Below the pieces are notes generated by a model, which had not been told where the DNA came from, did not search any database, and saw nothing but the letters and a program-made list of their open reading frames with translations. The translations under genes and the position numbers were made by a program. Shown here in pieces: positions 1 through 16,299 of a DNA stretch of 64,000 nucleotides. The DNA comes from Octopus vulgaris (lineage: Eukaryota), in NCBI GenBank assembly GCA_951406725.2, contig OX597825.1:10602001-10666000 (forward strand). The letters run 5' to 3'. Numbering within the stretch: position 1 is the stretch's first letter; the number at the start of each line of letters is the position of its first letter.

Positions 1-1084
1 TGGGGTAAAGACGTTATAGCCTAGTGGTTAGACTGTAGTACTCAACAGCTTAAAGTTCTAGGTTCGATTCCCTAACAGGGAAGTCACATCATTTCATTCC
101 CGTTGTTTCAGTCTGCTCCAAGTGGAAACGAATCACACCTCATGTAGAGTGCAGATCATTAACCCCTCTTGCAGATCATTAACCCCCAAATCTTGAGCAA
201 GCTATCAATAGGCCTTGACGGCTACATCCTCACACTAAATGGTGAAATACTGAAATACATTTACTTGACTTCAATTCATTCCTTCAAATTTCTGCTGATA
301 ATCTAATAAATCGAAGGGTGGGGGTGAGAGCGGTTTCGTTGCAGAGGTTAAATGGCGGAAGTGGTAGAGAGAGAGAGACAGAGCATATCATGATATTTAA
401 TACGTTGTAAGTTCAAATCCCAACGACGTCAACTTTGCCTTTTATTCTTCTGGAGCAGGTTCGATAAATTAGAATACTAGTCAAATACCGTTATTAATAT
501 GGCTTCCATCCAATACTGTTATAGATCGATATATGAATGATTTCCAATGGGGCTTCATCTAATAACTGTAAATGTGATAGTGATGAAATACAGAAAGGGT
601 GGAGCAACGGAAAACATCTTGTGTTATTATATTATACATCTACTTTCTAAGTTCATATTCCTTATTGATATTACTTTCTAAGTTGAAGCTCGAATTTTGG
701 CCTTCCGGATGTCGACTAAATTAGAATCAATCAAATACTGTTATCGTTTTGATTGATTATATTAATTTTCATGACTACCACCACAAAAACAAATGTCGTA
801 GCATTGTTAATGTATTTGTAATCCGTATTTGCTTCCATACCATCACAAGCTACCGCCACAATGCTCGGCATAATATTTTTATCCATTTCCTCGATGACAG
901 TATAAAGCAAAAACTTATCCCTCCTGATATCGACTGTAATTCTCCCGAATGAAATCTGAAGCTATACGTATTTTAGAATTGTATTCTGCTTATTACAGGT
1001 TTAAACAACGGAAAGAAATCGAAGATACAAGTGAAATATTTAACATAACGAAACAATATTATGAAGCTCTATATATTTACGCAT

Positions 1085-1864
<780 letters not shown>

Positions 1865-2737
1865 TATATAATGTATTATGTACGTATACATGTATGTATG
1901 CATGCATGTATTTCTGTATGTGCGTATGAATGTTCGTATGCATGCATGTAATTATGTATGTATGTACGTATGTACGTATGTACGTATGTATTACGTACTT
2001 TTGGATGCATTATGTATGTGACTTCTGTTCCTTAGACTCGTAGAGATTGTAAGCAATCAAACATCTGCGTGCACAAGAAAGCTAACAAACGGACCTAAAA
2101 ACATAATACTTTCTCATTTGTCTTGATGCTGCTGAGTATTTCATTAGTTTTGCTGACAGATTAAACTAAATAGTACTGCAGCGAAAAGACACATTTGCTA
2201 TTTATATTTTTATCTCTAAACGAGGTGTGTAAGACGGCAGTAATTACATCTCCTGTAACAGATAAAAATATAAATTCTCGGTCGTTCGTCATTTTGTATG
2301 AGCCAAATTTCTCCGAGAAACACCGAGAGAGAAAAAAAAAACAGAAATGATAGATATATAATTGAAAATATATAGCCTGTCTACACATAAAAAACATATA
2401 TGATTAGATATATATATGTTTAAAACATGCAGTTTACGTACAAGCACTAATAGATACCTACATGTATGTACGTGTATGTGTATATGTGTCCAATAATATA
2501 TGTATGTCTGTATTGGAGAGAATCACCGATGTTTATCAGAAAATATATGGATGTAAGATAATATAGTTTTGTCGAGTTCCGAATGTATATAAGATATATA
2601 AGCGAGTGTATATATGGGAAGTGGGCGAACATATAAATATACAAAGCTTATTAGAAGTTCGAAGATTACATGAATATGCATGCGTATAAAAGAGATACAA
2701 AGGTAGATAAACACAAATTAGCTTTAGACGTTTCTTG

Positions 2738-3164
2738 ACATACAGCACAAAATACAGATTACAAAATAAAGGAAAACAGAAAGAAAAAAATCAGAACAGA
2801 AGAATTATATAGTCTTGTCTCGACAGCTGTTTCAAGATAGCCATATCTTACGGAATAGCCACATTCATAGGCAATGTGTACATAATTTTATAGCGACAAG
2901 TCTCCATGTAATTTTCAAAGTTAAAGCAATGTGGCAAATGCATTTGCTACTTTGTTCTTGAGAAGGGACGCTTAACACATTAACGATTTCATCTGGAAAT
3001 GTCGCTGGATACACACCTATTACATCATGCTTTTATTACTTAAGAATGTGGTCATTACGCAAATAATGATTGACTTAAAACAGCTGTAGAGATAAGACTT
3101 CTGTATTGTTTTGATTTCATTTCTTTTTTTCTTTATTCGGTAATCTGTAATATGTGCTCTGTGT
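2738..3164. repeat. Old diverged inverted repeat (~95-bp arms) with outward-facing GAAAC-AGCT-GTH motifs
   Basis: 2738-2836 pairs with 3074-3164. GAAACAGCTGTC is on the minus strand at 2822-2833 and AAAACAGCTGTA on the plus strand at ~3077-3088. Confidence 0.6.
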
Positions 3165-3667
3165 AAATAAAGGTCTTAAACCTGCCTTTCTTCCTCCTTT
3201 ACTACAAGATAAGAATTGTTTTTATAGCTGAGTTTCGATACAGAGACGCCGGTCGTGGATAAAAAGGTTGGAGTTTAAGTTCCCATCCATTCAAGTATCA
3301 CTCTGTCTTATCTATTATCTATACAACCCTATTTTGCTTTCATCCACTCACTGTATATGTGTGTGTGTGTACACACATCATAACTCGTAATTACCAGTTT
3401 CACTTTTCTACTGGTCTGTAAGCGGCTGGTTTTGTTTTGAAGTATCTATTTTATCAATACATTTTGGAGACACTTAGGTATTATAATGACTTGCTCAGAA
3501 ACAATGGGTTCTTCGAAATGATTAAATACGTAAAAGAAAAATTGCACTAAGACTACAACGACGTCAGATGAGTAAGGGGGAAAAGAGCATTTCATAATGG
3601 AGGATGTAACATAGCATTAATAACTAACATAGCTAGAGAATTCCTTAATTTAATATTCATTTATTCA

Positions 3668-3906
3668 TTTACCTGTTCCAGTCATTCGACTGCGGCCATG
3701 CTGGAACACCGCCTTAAAAGGTCTTAGTTGAAGAAAACGACACCAGGAATTATTCTTTGTAAGCCTAGTACTTATTCTATCGTTATATTTTGCCGAACCG
3801 CTAAACACTAATTTATCTTGTTAACTTACAGCATAAATGCTCCAGCGATGGTCGGGGGAGAAACGCGGACACACACACGTAACTACATAATACATACATA
3901 CATACA

Positions 3907-3966
<60 letters not shown>

Positions 3967-3993
3967 CATATACATATATATATACACACACAT

Positions 3994-4047
<54 letters not shown>

Positions 4048-4190
4048 GACGGACTTCTTTCAGTTTCCGTTTACCAAATCCACTCACAAGGCTTTGGTCG
4101 GCCTGAAGACACTTACCCGAGGTGCCCCGCAGTGGGACTGAACCCGGAGCCATGGTGTTAGAAACCAAGCTTCTTGCCACGCCTGCGCCT
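3668..4190 (-). mobile_element. SINE family B
   Basis: Similarity to 49562-49989, with an expanded internal microsatellite. Confidence 0.8.
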
Positions 4191-4446
4191 ACATTTTCCG
4201 CCTTGTCATAACTATAGTAAGATATGAAATAGAATGTTAAGGCTAGTTATTAAACCGGTAAGAATTTCGGCTGTTAAACCAGAGGTTTTAATGTTACAAA
4301 AAATTATAATATATGATGTGGAAAGACAGAAATATTTCGATATATGAAAACATATGAAAATCAGGAACAATGTGATTAAAAACACAAAAATAAAACAGAA
4401 AATGCGTAATGTTCATTATGTAACTATAATTCAAAGGACAGCAGAA

Positions 4447-4820
4447 GTAGGTGCCGATATGGCTATGTGGTAAAGAAGTTCGCTCTTCAACCACAAGGCC
4501 TTAGGTTCAGTCCCATTAGTGGCACCTTAGGTATGTGTCTTCTACTATAGCATCAGGCCGACCAAAGCTTTGTAAGTTATTTTGGTAGACAGTAATTGAG
4601 TGGATTCTCAACGTGTGTGTGTGTGCGTGCGTGTCATTGTGTTTATGTTTGTCCCCGCCACTGCTTGACTGTCGGTGTTGGTTTCTTTACGTCCCCATAA
4701 CATTAGCGGTTCAACAAAATAAATCAATACGGCCTGAAATCGATCTGTTCGATGAAACCCTTCAAGGCGGTGCCCCAGCGTGACCATAGCCCAGTGACTG
4801 AAACAAATAAACGATAAAAG
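4447..4820 (+). mobile_element. SINE family B, diverged
   Basis: Head, core and tail are all recognisable. Confidence 0.7.
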
Positions 4821-5654
4821 ATGGAAAGGAAGGAGAAAAGAAGTTATATTCAGGGAAATGTTGCCAATAGAAATAAAAATAAAATGCAAAGCTTGAGAAA
4901 CTGGTTTATGACCAAACAGATGAACAAGACGTGGAATTCGAAAGCGTAAAGATTTTTGTTTTAATTTTCAGGATAGTTAGACGAGAATAATCGTACACAG
5001 TCATGTCAAAAATGGTTACTTAAGGTTCTGTGGTTACTGTAGCAACTCAGATAAATTAGCCCTTAAGCGGTAAAAAATATTACGCAACATATATTTTGAA
5101 GGGTGCTTGACGCAATTTAGATGCTCAAATCTTTTATTTCACGCACGAGAGTTTTCAAACAGGATAAATTATTTTCCCTCAAATACAGATTATAACTGAA
5201 AACCAAACGAAAATATCCCTGCTAATACGGTCACGCATGATCTAAGATACTCCAGTATATTTCGAGCACAGCTAAGCTGGATTTCTTTAAAAACCAAACA
5301 AGCTTCCATAAAGTTGTCTAGAATATTTCTTTTTCGGTTTTCAAAAATGCAATACTACTGGAAGAGAAAATAGTAAAATGAAAATTAAAAGGGAATATCT
5401 GTTTTATTGAGATTTCCTATTATCCCTGTTGGGATGTAATAGTTTTTAATATGTATCTATTCTTCAAGAGTATGAAGAGATTAGTTAGTGAAAATATACA
5501 AGAAAGTACAAGATGTCAGAGACTCACAGTGCATAAGAGGAAGAAACATAAGAGGAAGTAGAAAGACAATGTGGGAAAATGTATGTACGTATATATGTAT
5601 GAATGTATGAATTCATGAATATGTAAGTATGTATGTATATATGTATGTATGTAA

Positions 5655-5988
5655 AGGCTTGTGATATACAGGACACTAACTGGGAGAACAATGCCCGTCA
5701 TCGCCACAGATGGAGGAAGCAGGTTAAGGAGGGGATCGACACTTTTGAGAGAGCACGTATCCAGCATGAAGAACTTAAGCGAGCTGCGCGAAAGCGCACT
5801 GCTTGTATAGTGAATGGGGAAAGCTTGGTCTGCAATGTTTGCAGTCGTGTAAGCTTGTCAAGAGCAGGGCTCATTAGCCACCAACGGAGCCGCAAATGCA
5901 AAATATAAGTTAGTCCTAGAGCGCACAATGTTCCTGAAGGTCGGCAACGGTCTTCCTCGGTCACGAGTGGACGGCCATCATATCATCA
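5655..5988 (+). mobile_element. 5'-truncated RTE-clade LINE 3' end (C-terminal region with C2H2-like finger plus 3'UTR)
   Basis: WENNARHRHRWRKQVKEGIDTFE...CNVCSRVSLSRAGLISHQRS matches the RTE C-terminal pattern. It ends in a short (CAT)-type tail inside (TATG)n. Confidence 0.75.
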
Positions 5989-6406
5989 TGTATGTATGCA
6001 TATATGAATGTATGTAGATAGGTGTGCATATATGTATGTATGCATGCATGTACGAATGTATGTATGAATGTACGTAGGTATGGATATATGCGTGTGTTTG
6101 TATGTATGTATGTCTGTACGTACGTATGTATGTACTTACGTGATTGGTGTGTGCGGATATGTATGTATATATGTGTATGTATGTATGTTTTCTCTTTCGC
6201 TTTTTTAATTCAGAGTACATTTTTCCCGACCACCTCCTTGATAGCAAGATTGTGAAGGAAAGCATGTATGTATAAATGTGTGTATGTATGTATGTAGGTA
6301 TGTATATATGTCTGTATGTATTTGTATGTATGTCTCTGCGTATGCATGTATGTGTGTGTATATATATATGTATTTATGTATGTGTATGCATGTATACATA
6401 TATATG

Positions 6407-6437
<31 letters not shown>

Positions 6438-7489
6438 ACATGTATGAATGTTTGTATGAATGTATGTCTGTATGTATACATGCATGTAGATAAGTAGGTA
6501 TATATGTAGGTATGTAGATAGGTAGGTAGTTATGCATGTGTGTATATATGTATGTATTTGTGTATGTGCGTATGTATGTATGTTATATGTGTATATGTAT
6601 GCATATTATGTATCTATGTACATATTTAAGTGTTTCTATGTATATATACTGAGTGAGAGAAAGAGAAAAGAAAGGTGTATGGAAGGACGAAAGGTGCAAG
6701 AGATAGTAGCAAAGGTGAAACGTGTAACACGATATATTTCCACGTAGATATAAACTTAAGACACCAAATGCAGTTGTTTAGTGTTGAGTCATTTATTAAC
6801 TGACAAATAAATTACATGCCAGGCCTTCGTAGTTTCTTTCTTTATTCTCCTCTTCAGCGTTTTTCTTCTTCTTCACAAAATCTGTCTTTCTCAATTAAAA
6901 CCTTGCAATGACTTTTTTTCCCGCCCGTTTCAATTCTAACCAAATATACATTATACGATGTATACGCATATATACATGGTAGGAGGGCGTTTGTGTATGT
7001 ACGTGTGTGTTTGAGTATGAATGTATGTATGTACGTATGTATGTATGTGTGTGTATGTATGTATGTATGTATGTATTTTTGTATGTATGTATGTATTGTA
7101 TGTATGTATGTATGTATGTATGTATTGTATGTATGTATGTATGTATGTATTGTATGTATGTATGTATGTATGTATGTATGTATTGTATGTATGTATGTAT
7201 GTATGTATGTATGTATGTATGTATGTATGCGTGTATGTATGTGTGTATGTAATGGTGATGTATTGATGACGTATGTAGTAATTTTTTTATATAAATTTCT
7301 CCTCTGAGTCGGAGAAAAAAATCCCTAGCGGCAAATGTTGGAAACAAAGACAAGGAGATATAATTTGAAGAAAGACAGGAATTAATTTCTCCATTTAACT
7401 TACAGACTTGGGAGAAAAACAGGTGGATCTTTGTTCGCAAACAAGAGTGAACTAAGGACATATACATATGTATATTCGTACACACACAC

Positions 7490-7539
<50 letters not shown>

Positions 7540-7637
7540 GTAACAAGCACATGTGTATATATATATATATATATACGTACACACACACATGTATATATAT
7601 ATATAAACGTACACACGCACATGTATGTGTGTGTGTA

Positions 7638-7868
7638 CAGTAACCCCTCGACTATCGCGGGTGTTACGTTCTAAACCGCACTGCGATAGTCCGCGAAGTA
7701 GAAACAGTACTCTGCTGGATTTCTTTTTATTATCATTTCTATAATTTCTATATATTTATTTTATTATATATGCAAAACAACACCACGGAGAAATCGGAGT
7801 AAGCTTAAATAATAAACCGCGATAGGTGAACCGCGATAGGTGAACTTCAATATGGCGACGGATTATTG
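7638..7868. mobile_element. Tigger/pogo-like MITE
   Basis: TA|CAGTAACCCCTCGACTATCGCGG...tatggcgacggattattg|TA: degenerate TIRs with TA target duplication. Confidence 0.6.
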
Positions 7869-8130
7869 TATATATATATATAAAGTTTTAAAAAGAGAGA
7901 GATGATACAATAATATACATGCTTTATTTCTTACTTGTTTCAGTCATTAGACTGCGGTATCACTGGGGTATCACCTTGAATTGTATCGGTCCTCTTTTTA
8001 CCGGACCGCTAAGTTACGGGATGTAAACAAGCTAAGATTGATCGTCAATCAATGGTTGGGAACTAGCGCAAACACACGTAGATACGTTCGCGCCTAAATG
8101 TGTATGTGTGTGTGGTGTGGTATGGTATGC

Positions 8131-8362
8131 GTGAGCGAGCTGGCAGAAAGGTTAGCATGGTCAGGCGAAACGCCTAGCAGTATTTCGTCTGCCGCTACGT
8201 TCTGAGTTCAAATTCCACCGAGGTCGACTTTGCCTTTCATCCTTTCGGGGTCGATTAAATAAGTACCAGTTACGCACCGGGGTCGATATAATCGACTTAA
8301 TCCGTCTGTCTGTCCTTGTTTGTCCTCTCTGTGTTTAGCCCCTTGTGGGTAGTAAAGAAATA
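8131..8362 (+). mobile_element. tRNA-derived SINE family A (core gtcgactttgcctttcatcctttcggggtcgat)
   Basis: Head gagctggcagaa...gttcaaattcc and tail ccccttgtgggtagtaaagaaata. Many copies in the window. Confidence 0.85.
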
Positions 8363-8376
8363 GGCATGTGTGTGTG

Positions 8377-8487
<111 letters not shown>

Positions 8488-11251
8488 CGTGAGGCTTCTT
8501 TTAATTCCCGTTCACGAAATCCACTCACAAGGTTTTGGTCGATCCTGGAATAAAATAGCAGACACTTATTCAAGGTGGCAAAAAGGTGGGTTAAACCCGT
8601 TTGCAATGCAAGCTTATTACCACACAGCCCATGTCTGCACCATCAGAGATATTTATAAAAGGTTTTGCAAAGAATTCTTGTTACAATCACAATAGATGAA
8701 GATTTTCATATATTTAAAATTATTATATAAAGAAAATATTAGAAATCTTTTTTTAAGAAATCAGAATGATACGAGCCGTTTGGAAGGAAATGTTCTTATA
8801 TTTACCCCATAACACTCGTAGAGAAACTTTTTGCTTTTATTTTTAAAAAACATTAAGGCGTCTGAAGGTATAGTTGTGATGATAGTATCTATTTTGAGGA
8901 TGTTAGCGTTAAGTCTAATGTGGAATAAGGAAGAAGAGTTAGTGTCATTCATAAAAAGATTGTGCTGCCGTACGGTTACAAATGGAAGAAGAGATATTAA
9001 GCTGAAATATAGAAAATTTATGCATCATCATACAGTAGTCGAAGTTATTAATGGTAAAGTATGTAAATTTGATTGTATTTCTGTCAAGTATTTTCTGTCA
9101 TTTATCGTTATGAGAGAAGAGTTTCAGTTCTAACCAAATATACATTATATGATGTATATGCATGATGAAGGGAACGGTGAAGTGAACCGCGTGATATTTT
9201 TCTTTACCTGTTATTTTTGTATAATTATGAATGTAAAAGGGAGTTATGCATTTGATCACACCAGTGAAATCGCTACGCTTCGGAGTCGTCTTGCAGAGAA
9301 TGGAGACAATATTATTGAAATTACTTTCGCTAGAAGAGACACCAAGCTATACAGAAATGGATGATATTATCTCTTGAATAATGTATATGGGTGAATAACT
9401 TGTTTATATAGACTAAACTTTCATTTGGTCTTTATAGAGGCAAAATTTATCGAGGTCTAGAAAAAGTGTTTCACCTTAGAAGATCAAAATGAGGCGTTGT
9501 TCTGCGGTTATTCGAAATGCTAAATCTTTCATAAAAATCGCGGCAATTTTTACTAAAGGAAAATTTGGAGATTGTGTTTATATTTTTTGAAGCAGTAATC
9601 CGTTATTTTGGAAGATAACATTTTGGTACTGAAAGGAACTTCATTTTAAGAATATTTAGAATGTAAATGCCCTTGTTAATCATTAATTTCAACGAAATTT
9701 TTGCATAGCATAGTGACAATGAAGAGTTGAGAAAACATTTCTATACACAATATATTTTTTGTAAAAATGGTGACACTTTCAGTCACTAAGGATAGTTTCT
9801 ATTTGACGTTAGCTTATAGAAATGGTTTTCCCAAATTGATGTCATCATGAAGGTGGCTTCATCATGGAAAAGCAGAATTTGCAAATATCAGACTCGACAA
9901 CATGACAGCCTTTCCGTTCGTGTTTCTTGGTGGGCTATTGTTGAATTTTATTAGAACTAAAGAAACTCATGCTGTAGGTTCACTAGTTTTCGTCGTCTTC
10001 TGGTAGACTACGAAATACTGTTAGTAATATATAGTTGTGTGTGTGTGTAATGTTAGTTATATAAAGTCTAATTGCCTGATATAGATTTACTAATTATACA
10101 AAAGTCTGGTTGAGCGGTTGATTAGACTGATGAAAGAATGTGTCTGGAATGATTAAAATTTCAGCTCTATCATCGATTTCTAATTTGCTAACCATTTCCT
10201 TCTGTGGAAAATGGTTTGTCACTGAGAGAACTAATGTACGTTTACTTCTCTGCGTTGGAAGAAGAGCGAAGAGGCGGAGATGTGTTTTCTTGTCGACTTG
10301 ATGTGTTTTTAGTTTCTTTTGAATCGATAAATAAATTGTAGCTGTTCGTAACAGCATTGGGCTTTTTTTTTTAAATACAGTTTGAAATTTGTAGCTTATT
10401 TTATTTAACTTATAATTTTTTGTCATAGACAGCACATTTTCTTCGATTGGGTGTAATATGAGAATTTGAAGAACTTTTATACATTTCCAAGTAATATTTA
10501 TCATTAAAATTATCAGTAGAGGAGACATCAGATTGATTTTTCATCAAAATAGGTTTCCTGTCTTAAACTTTTCACAAAACTTTTAGCTTTCACTAGAAGT
10601 GTAATTGGAATATTATTTGTAGCAGGTAGAGGAACATTCTAAGAAGAGAAATGGTAATGCTACGGTCGCATTCCTGAAGTATATTTGTTCTATAAAAATT
10701 GTTCGACTTAGAGAAAGGTTTATGGTTTTAAGCAAATTATTGAAAATAATTAATAACATTTACTGAAAAGGACTTGATGTGTGTAGAGAGAGTAAATGAT
10801 TTATTAAACAAAATAAATTGACTGTAACTTCAAAATTTTGCCAATAACAACTCGTAGAGGGAGGTTAGAAGTTGGTGTAAGGAGTAAAAAGAACGGGAAA
10901 AGTTACAAACCCAGAGGGAATCTGTAGAATATGGGTATCCCCCCATCATATTCCTTTATTTATTTCTACAAGACTATAACAGCTACATTCCCTATCCAGT
11001 AGATGCTCTGTCCAGTAGTTACTCCAACTCCAAGGTTGGCTTCAAAACTTCGAGGTCACTGTATACCTGCCGCATAACATACGTACACTTGACACATATA
11101 TCCAGTGTGATTTTTCAGTGAATATTACAAGTCGTTTTCAATAATTTGCTTCAAAAAATGAATCTCATAACGCAATCTCAGAACACACACTCACACATAC
11201 CCCACCCTATATATATATATATATATAGATAGATAGATAGATAGATATATA

Positions 11252-11478
11252 TTTACTCTTTTTACTCTTTCACTTGTTTCAGTCATTTGACTGCGGCCAT
11301 GCTGGAGCACCGCCTTTAGTCGAGCAACTCGACCCCGGGACTTTAATCGGGCAACTCGACCCAGTACTTATTCTATCGGTCTCTTTTGTCGAACTGCTAA
11401 GTAACGGGGACATAAACACACCAGCATCGGTTGTCAAGCAATGCTAGGGGGACAAACACAGACACACAAACACACACA

Positions 11479-11538
<60 letters not shown>

Positions 11539-11703
11539 TACGACGGGCTTCTTTCAGTTTCCGTCTACCAAATCCACTCACAAGGCTTTGGTCGGCCCGA
11601 GGTTATAGTAGAAGACACTTGCCCAAGGTGCCACGCAGTCGGACTGAACCCGGAACCATGTGGCTGGTAAACAAGCTACTTACCACACAGCCACTCCTGC
11701 GCC
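11252..11703 (-). mobile_element. tRNA-derived SINE family B (CORE-like ccttgggcaagtgtctt, internal microsatellite, (GTAAAAGA)n tail)
   Basis: Near-identical in reverse to the full copy at 49562-49989. Head contains A-box and B-box-like sequences. Confidence 0.85.
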
Positions 11704-11836
<133 letters not shown>

Positions 11837-12125
11837 TTTACATTTTTCAGTCTTTAGACTGCAGGCATAATGGAGCGCCGCTTGAGGTACTTTTGGACAA
11901 AGGAATCTACCCCACTAAGCCTTGTTCTAAAGGTTTGTTCCTGAGCGGCTATAATTAGCGCTTCAGTCTTTCGTTCCCAGTTCCCGTCCGTCAACCAGCG
12001 CCAGCGACCTTTACTTCCAACATTCTCGGTTCGTTACATGAAATGTCCATGTAGCTCCCTTTTTATTTCAGTTGTTTGTCTTGTTGTTCTTCCTTTTCCC
12101 TTTGAATTTTCCCACTGTTTCTCTG

Positions 12126-12785
<660 letters not shown>

Positions 12786-13394
12786 ACTACGAAATTTAAG
12801 TAATAGTGGTGTGGGCGATTCAAGAATTTCAAGGAGAATAGAGGGGGGGGGGGGGCTCTGCTATTTTAATGATTGCAAATTACGAAATGTATAACCAACA
12901 TTTATTCTCTGAAGTACCTTCTTCTAATGTAGCTATCGGTGATGGTTGCCGTAGAAAGGATGCGCAGTTTCTCCCTCTTCTTTCCCATCCTTTTTTCAAG
13001 AAGAATCATTTTGCAATCAGACCGCGAATCAAGTGGAGAAAGAAGATGAAGAAGGATAATTGCATAGACTTCGAAAAGATTTGAAATCAATAGAGAAAGA
13101 AGTAGTTTTCGGATCGATAATTTTCTAAAACATGTCGATCTATAGGAAATGCTTAAATAATTGCATCAACATACATGAGAACGACAGAAGCATAAATTTT
13201 CTGCCCATGCTGGAGCATGCCCAATATGTCAAAGGCCACAGACTGGAAAGCATTTCGTATATAATAATTAACAATTAAGTCCGATATTGTTCAGTGTCTC
13301 CTTAACTATATTCCACCATCCACTTTACCAATTCTTGTTCTTTTTCCCATCTCCGTCTTTTCTATATTGTTAAATGTATGCATTTTTATATGTA

Positions 13395-13622
13395 CGAAGG
13401 GGGGGGCTGAAAAGTTCCTGGCTGTGAGTAAAACAAAAGTACAGAGGATCAGTTAATTATGACCCTATTCAAAATATTCCCCTTAGTAGCAGCAGCAGCA
13501 GCAGCAGCCGCTGCTGCTGCTGCTGGGCAGCAGTAGCTAGTAGTAGCTATTTTTCTAAGCCCCCGTAAAATACAGTCTCGGAACGTTGGGGTTCCAAGCA
13601 AACCTTTCGCGATCCACACACA

Positions 13623-13661
<39 letters not shown>

Positions 13662-14310
13662 GCGTATAGTTTTTCTTAATGATGGCACTTGAAGTAGCTA
13701 AAGCTATAAATAATACTTCCTATTAAAGACACAAACCCTGTTGGGAGAGAGCTGGTCACTTGAAGACCAACCTTGTTCAGGGCGACCGTTGACCTCCTCA
13801 ACGAATGAAAACATCACCAAAATTCATGAACTTGTCTTGGAGAACCGTCACCGAACAACTGAAGAACGTGTCGATATGATTGGTGTGTCCTGGAGCTCCT
13901 GCCAACGAATTTTGAACGAAGAACTGCGAGTGAAAAGAGTTGCAGCAAAATGTGTGCCTCGCTCGCTCATGGAAGATCAAAAGCAGTCACAACTGAACGC
14001 GTGTCCTCAACTGAAAGAACAGTTGGAAGTTGATCCGGATCTTTTTCTGGAGGTCATCACTAGCGACGAAAGCTGGTGATACAGAATTTGCAGATGTAGA
14101 AGAGGTGAAGAAAAAAACGATGGAGGCATTAAAGAGCATCACTTCACAAGAGATCCAGGATTACTTCGAATAGTGGAAAATGCATCTGGACCAATGCATT
14201 GCTTTAAATGGAGAATGCTTTGAAGGGGATAAAAATGTAAACATTTAAAAGTAAGTGAATAAAATAATATTGCAGAATTCCGGTTTCTTTTGGGTATCCG
14301 CTCGAACACT
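13395..14310 (+). mobile_element. Decayed mariner transposon pieces (internally deleted transposase)
   Basis: ORF 13741-14079 has SGRP, CVPRSL (WVP(R/H)L-like) and ITSDESW. It jumps directly to C-terminal RFADVEEV...CIALNGECFEG. Mariner-like ends occur at ~13395 (TACGAAGGGG) and ~14310. Confidence 0.8.
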
Positions 14311-14314
14311 TGCA

Positions 14315-15656
14315 GATTGCATTCGATAATCAATTCCGCCGAGAACATTTATTTACCGTGACCAGTGGAGCATACATCCACATATTCTTGAGATACCAGG
14401 GTACCACCTCGCCATAGGACGGAGAAACACAGCGTTGAATTTGTAAACTCTCTAGACGGAACCCATACACTACACGTGGAAAGTACTTGGGCCTGTCTCA
14501 AGCGAGGTAATAAACAGCGCTATGGTAATCGTAGTTCTACATTAGACTCATGTCTGCCAGTTTATGTAGTTCTGCAGGTAGAAAAAATGCGATCTCTTCG
14601 AAAAAATATTTGTTTTATTTCATCATTTTTTCTTTTTACTGTTTTCGCTTCATTTCGCTTCATTGCTTTTTCTCGCGAGTCCAAAGCAAAACCTGTGACT
14701 ATAGGAATAATATTATTCCTCTAATTTATATAAATATAAATCTTCAAACGGTTGGAAGAAAATGATAAAGATGTTCATTTTCTTTTATTAAGCGCCATGT
14801 AGCAAAAAAAGGTAACGTTTCAAAAATGTTTTCCTTTTAGTAAATTCTTTTTAAAAAAAACTATTTTTTAAATATTTTATTGAAATTACCTTTTCTAAAA
14901 TTTAAAGTTCTCTTTTACGCTTTTACTCTTTTACTTGTTTCAGTCATTTGACTGTGGCCATGCTGGAGCACCGCCTTTAGTCGAGCCAATCGACCCCAGG
15001 ACTTATCCTTTGTAAGCCTAGTACTTATTCTATCGGTTTCTTTTGCTGAGCCGCTAAGTTACGGGGACATAAACACACCAGCATCGGTTGTCAAGCGATG
15101 TTGGGGGGGACAAACACAGACACACAAACATATACACACATACATATATGTATACATATATAAGAGGGCTTCCTTCAGTTTCCGTCTACCAAATCCACTC
15201 AGAAAGCTTTGGTCGGGCCGAGGGTATAGTAGAAAACACTTGCCCAAGGTGCCACGGTGTGGGACTGAACTCGGAACCATGTGGTCGGTAAGCAAGCTAC
15301 TTACCAAACAGCCACTCCTTTTTCACTTTCAAAAATTTGTTTTTCATTCAGTTCCCTTTATGTTTTCATTTTCAAAAATTTGCATACGGTTCCGTGGATA
15401 AACAACGATACACTAGAGCTGCAATGGCCGCTTGTAAGAACGGACTAATTTCATTGCCTAAAACTACGTGGCTTTAAATACTTGTAACTTCTCTACTCTT
15501 CATTTTCCGAAAAAAAAAAATTAAAGCGATTTTCGTTATCATCATGCACAACTACATCAGTGGGGAAAATTTGGAAACAATCAAAATTCATTGAAAATTA
15601 AATCTTTAAGTGGTTGGAAGAAAATAGAAAAAAGTTCCATTGGGTGCTATCCGTTA
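14315..15656 (+). mobile_element. Merlin/IS1016(ISXO2)-like DNA transposon remnant, interrupted by a SINE
   Basis: ~14427-14570 reads HSVEFVNSLDGTHTLHVESTWACLKRGNKQRYG..TLDSCL, the ISXO2-type NHS..FV...G.HT...ES.W motif. Putative right TIR gggtgctatccgtta ends at 15656. Confidence 0.6.
14911..15319 (-). mobile_element. SINE family B nested in the Merlin remnant
   Basis: Similarity to 11252-11703. Confidence 0.85.
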
Positions 15657-16299
15657 TTTATGCTCTACTTGTACGAATTATTTAATTCTATACTCTATTC
15701 TTAGGTAAACATTATTCCATTACTTTAAACTTCTGCCTTTTGATTACTTTTAAATCGTTGCTCATCAACAACGAATTAGCGAATTTTAATGTAGAGATAA
15801 AAGTGCTGACCGAACAATTTTTTTTGTCGATTAAAACCAAGCTCTGTGTAAGAAGATCTTCAAATAATTTACTCTGCGGCTATTTTCGTCTGCATCCATT
15901 CCCTTCAAAGAAAGATCTTCATTTACAATATACTAATGGCATTCCGTCGGTTACGACGACGAGTGTTCCAGCCTGCTCGTAGAATTAACGTGCAAGTGGC
16001 TGAGTACTCCACAGACATGCGTACCTTTACTGTACTTCTCAGGGAGATTCAGCGTGACACAGAATGTGACAAGGCCGGCCCTTTGAAATACGGGTACAAC
16101 TCATTTTTGCCAGCTGAGTGGATTGGAGCAACGTGAAATAAAGTTTCTTTCTCAAGGCCACAACGTACCGCCGTGGGCCGATTACCCTAACCATTAAGCC
16201 ACGCGCCTTCATCTTTACAATATAGTGCATCGTATAATACAATACTTTACAACTAACTAGTGACTTGTTATATAACCCCAGGCCAGTCCCCATCCAGCA

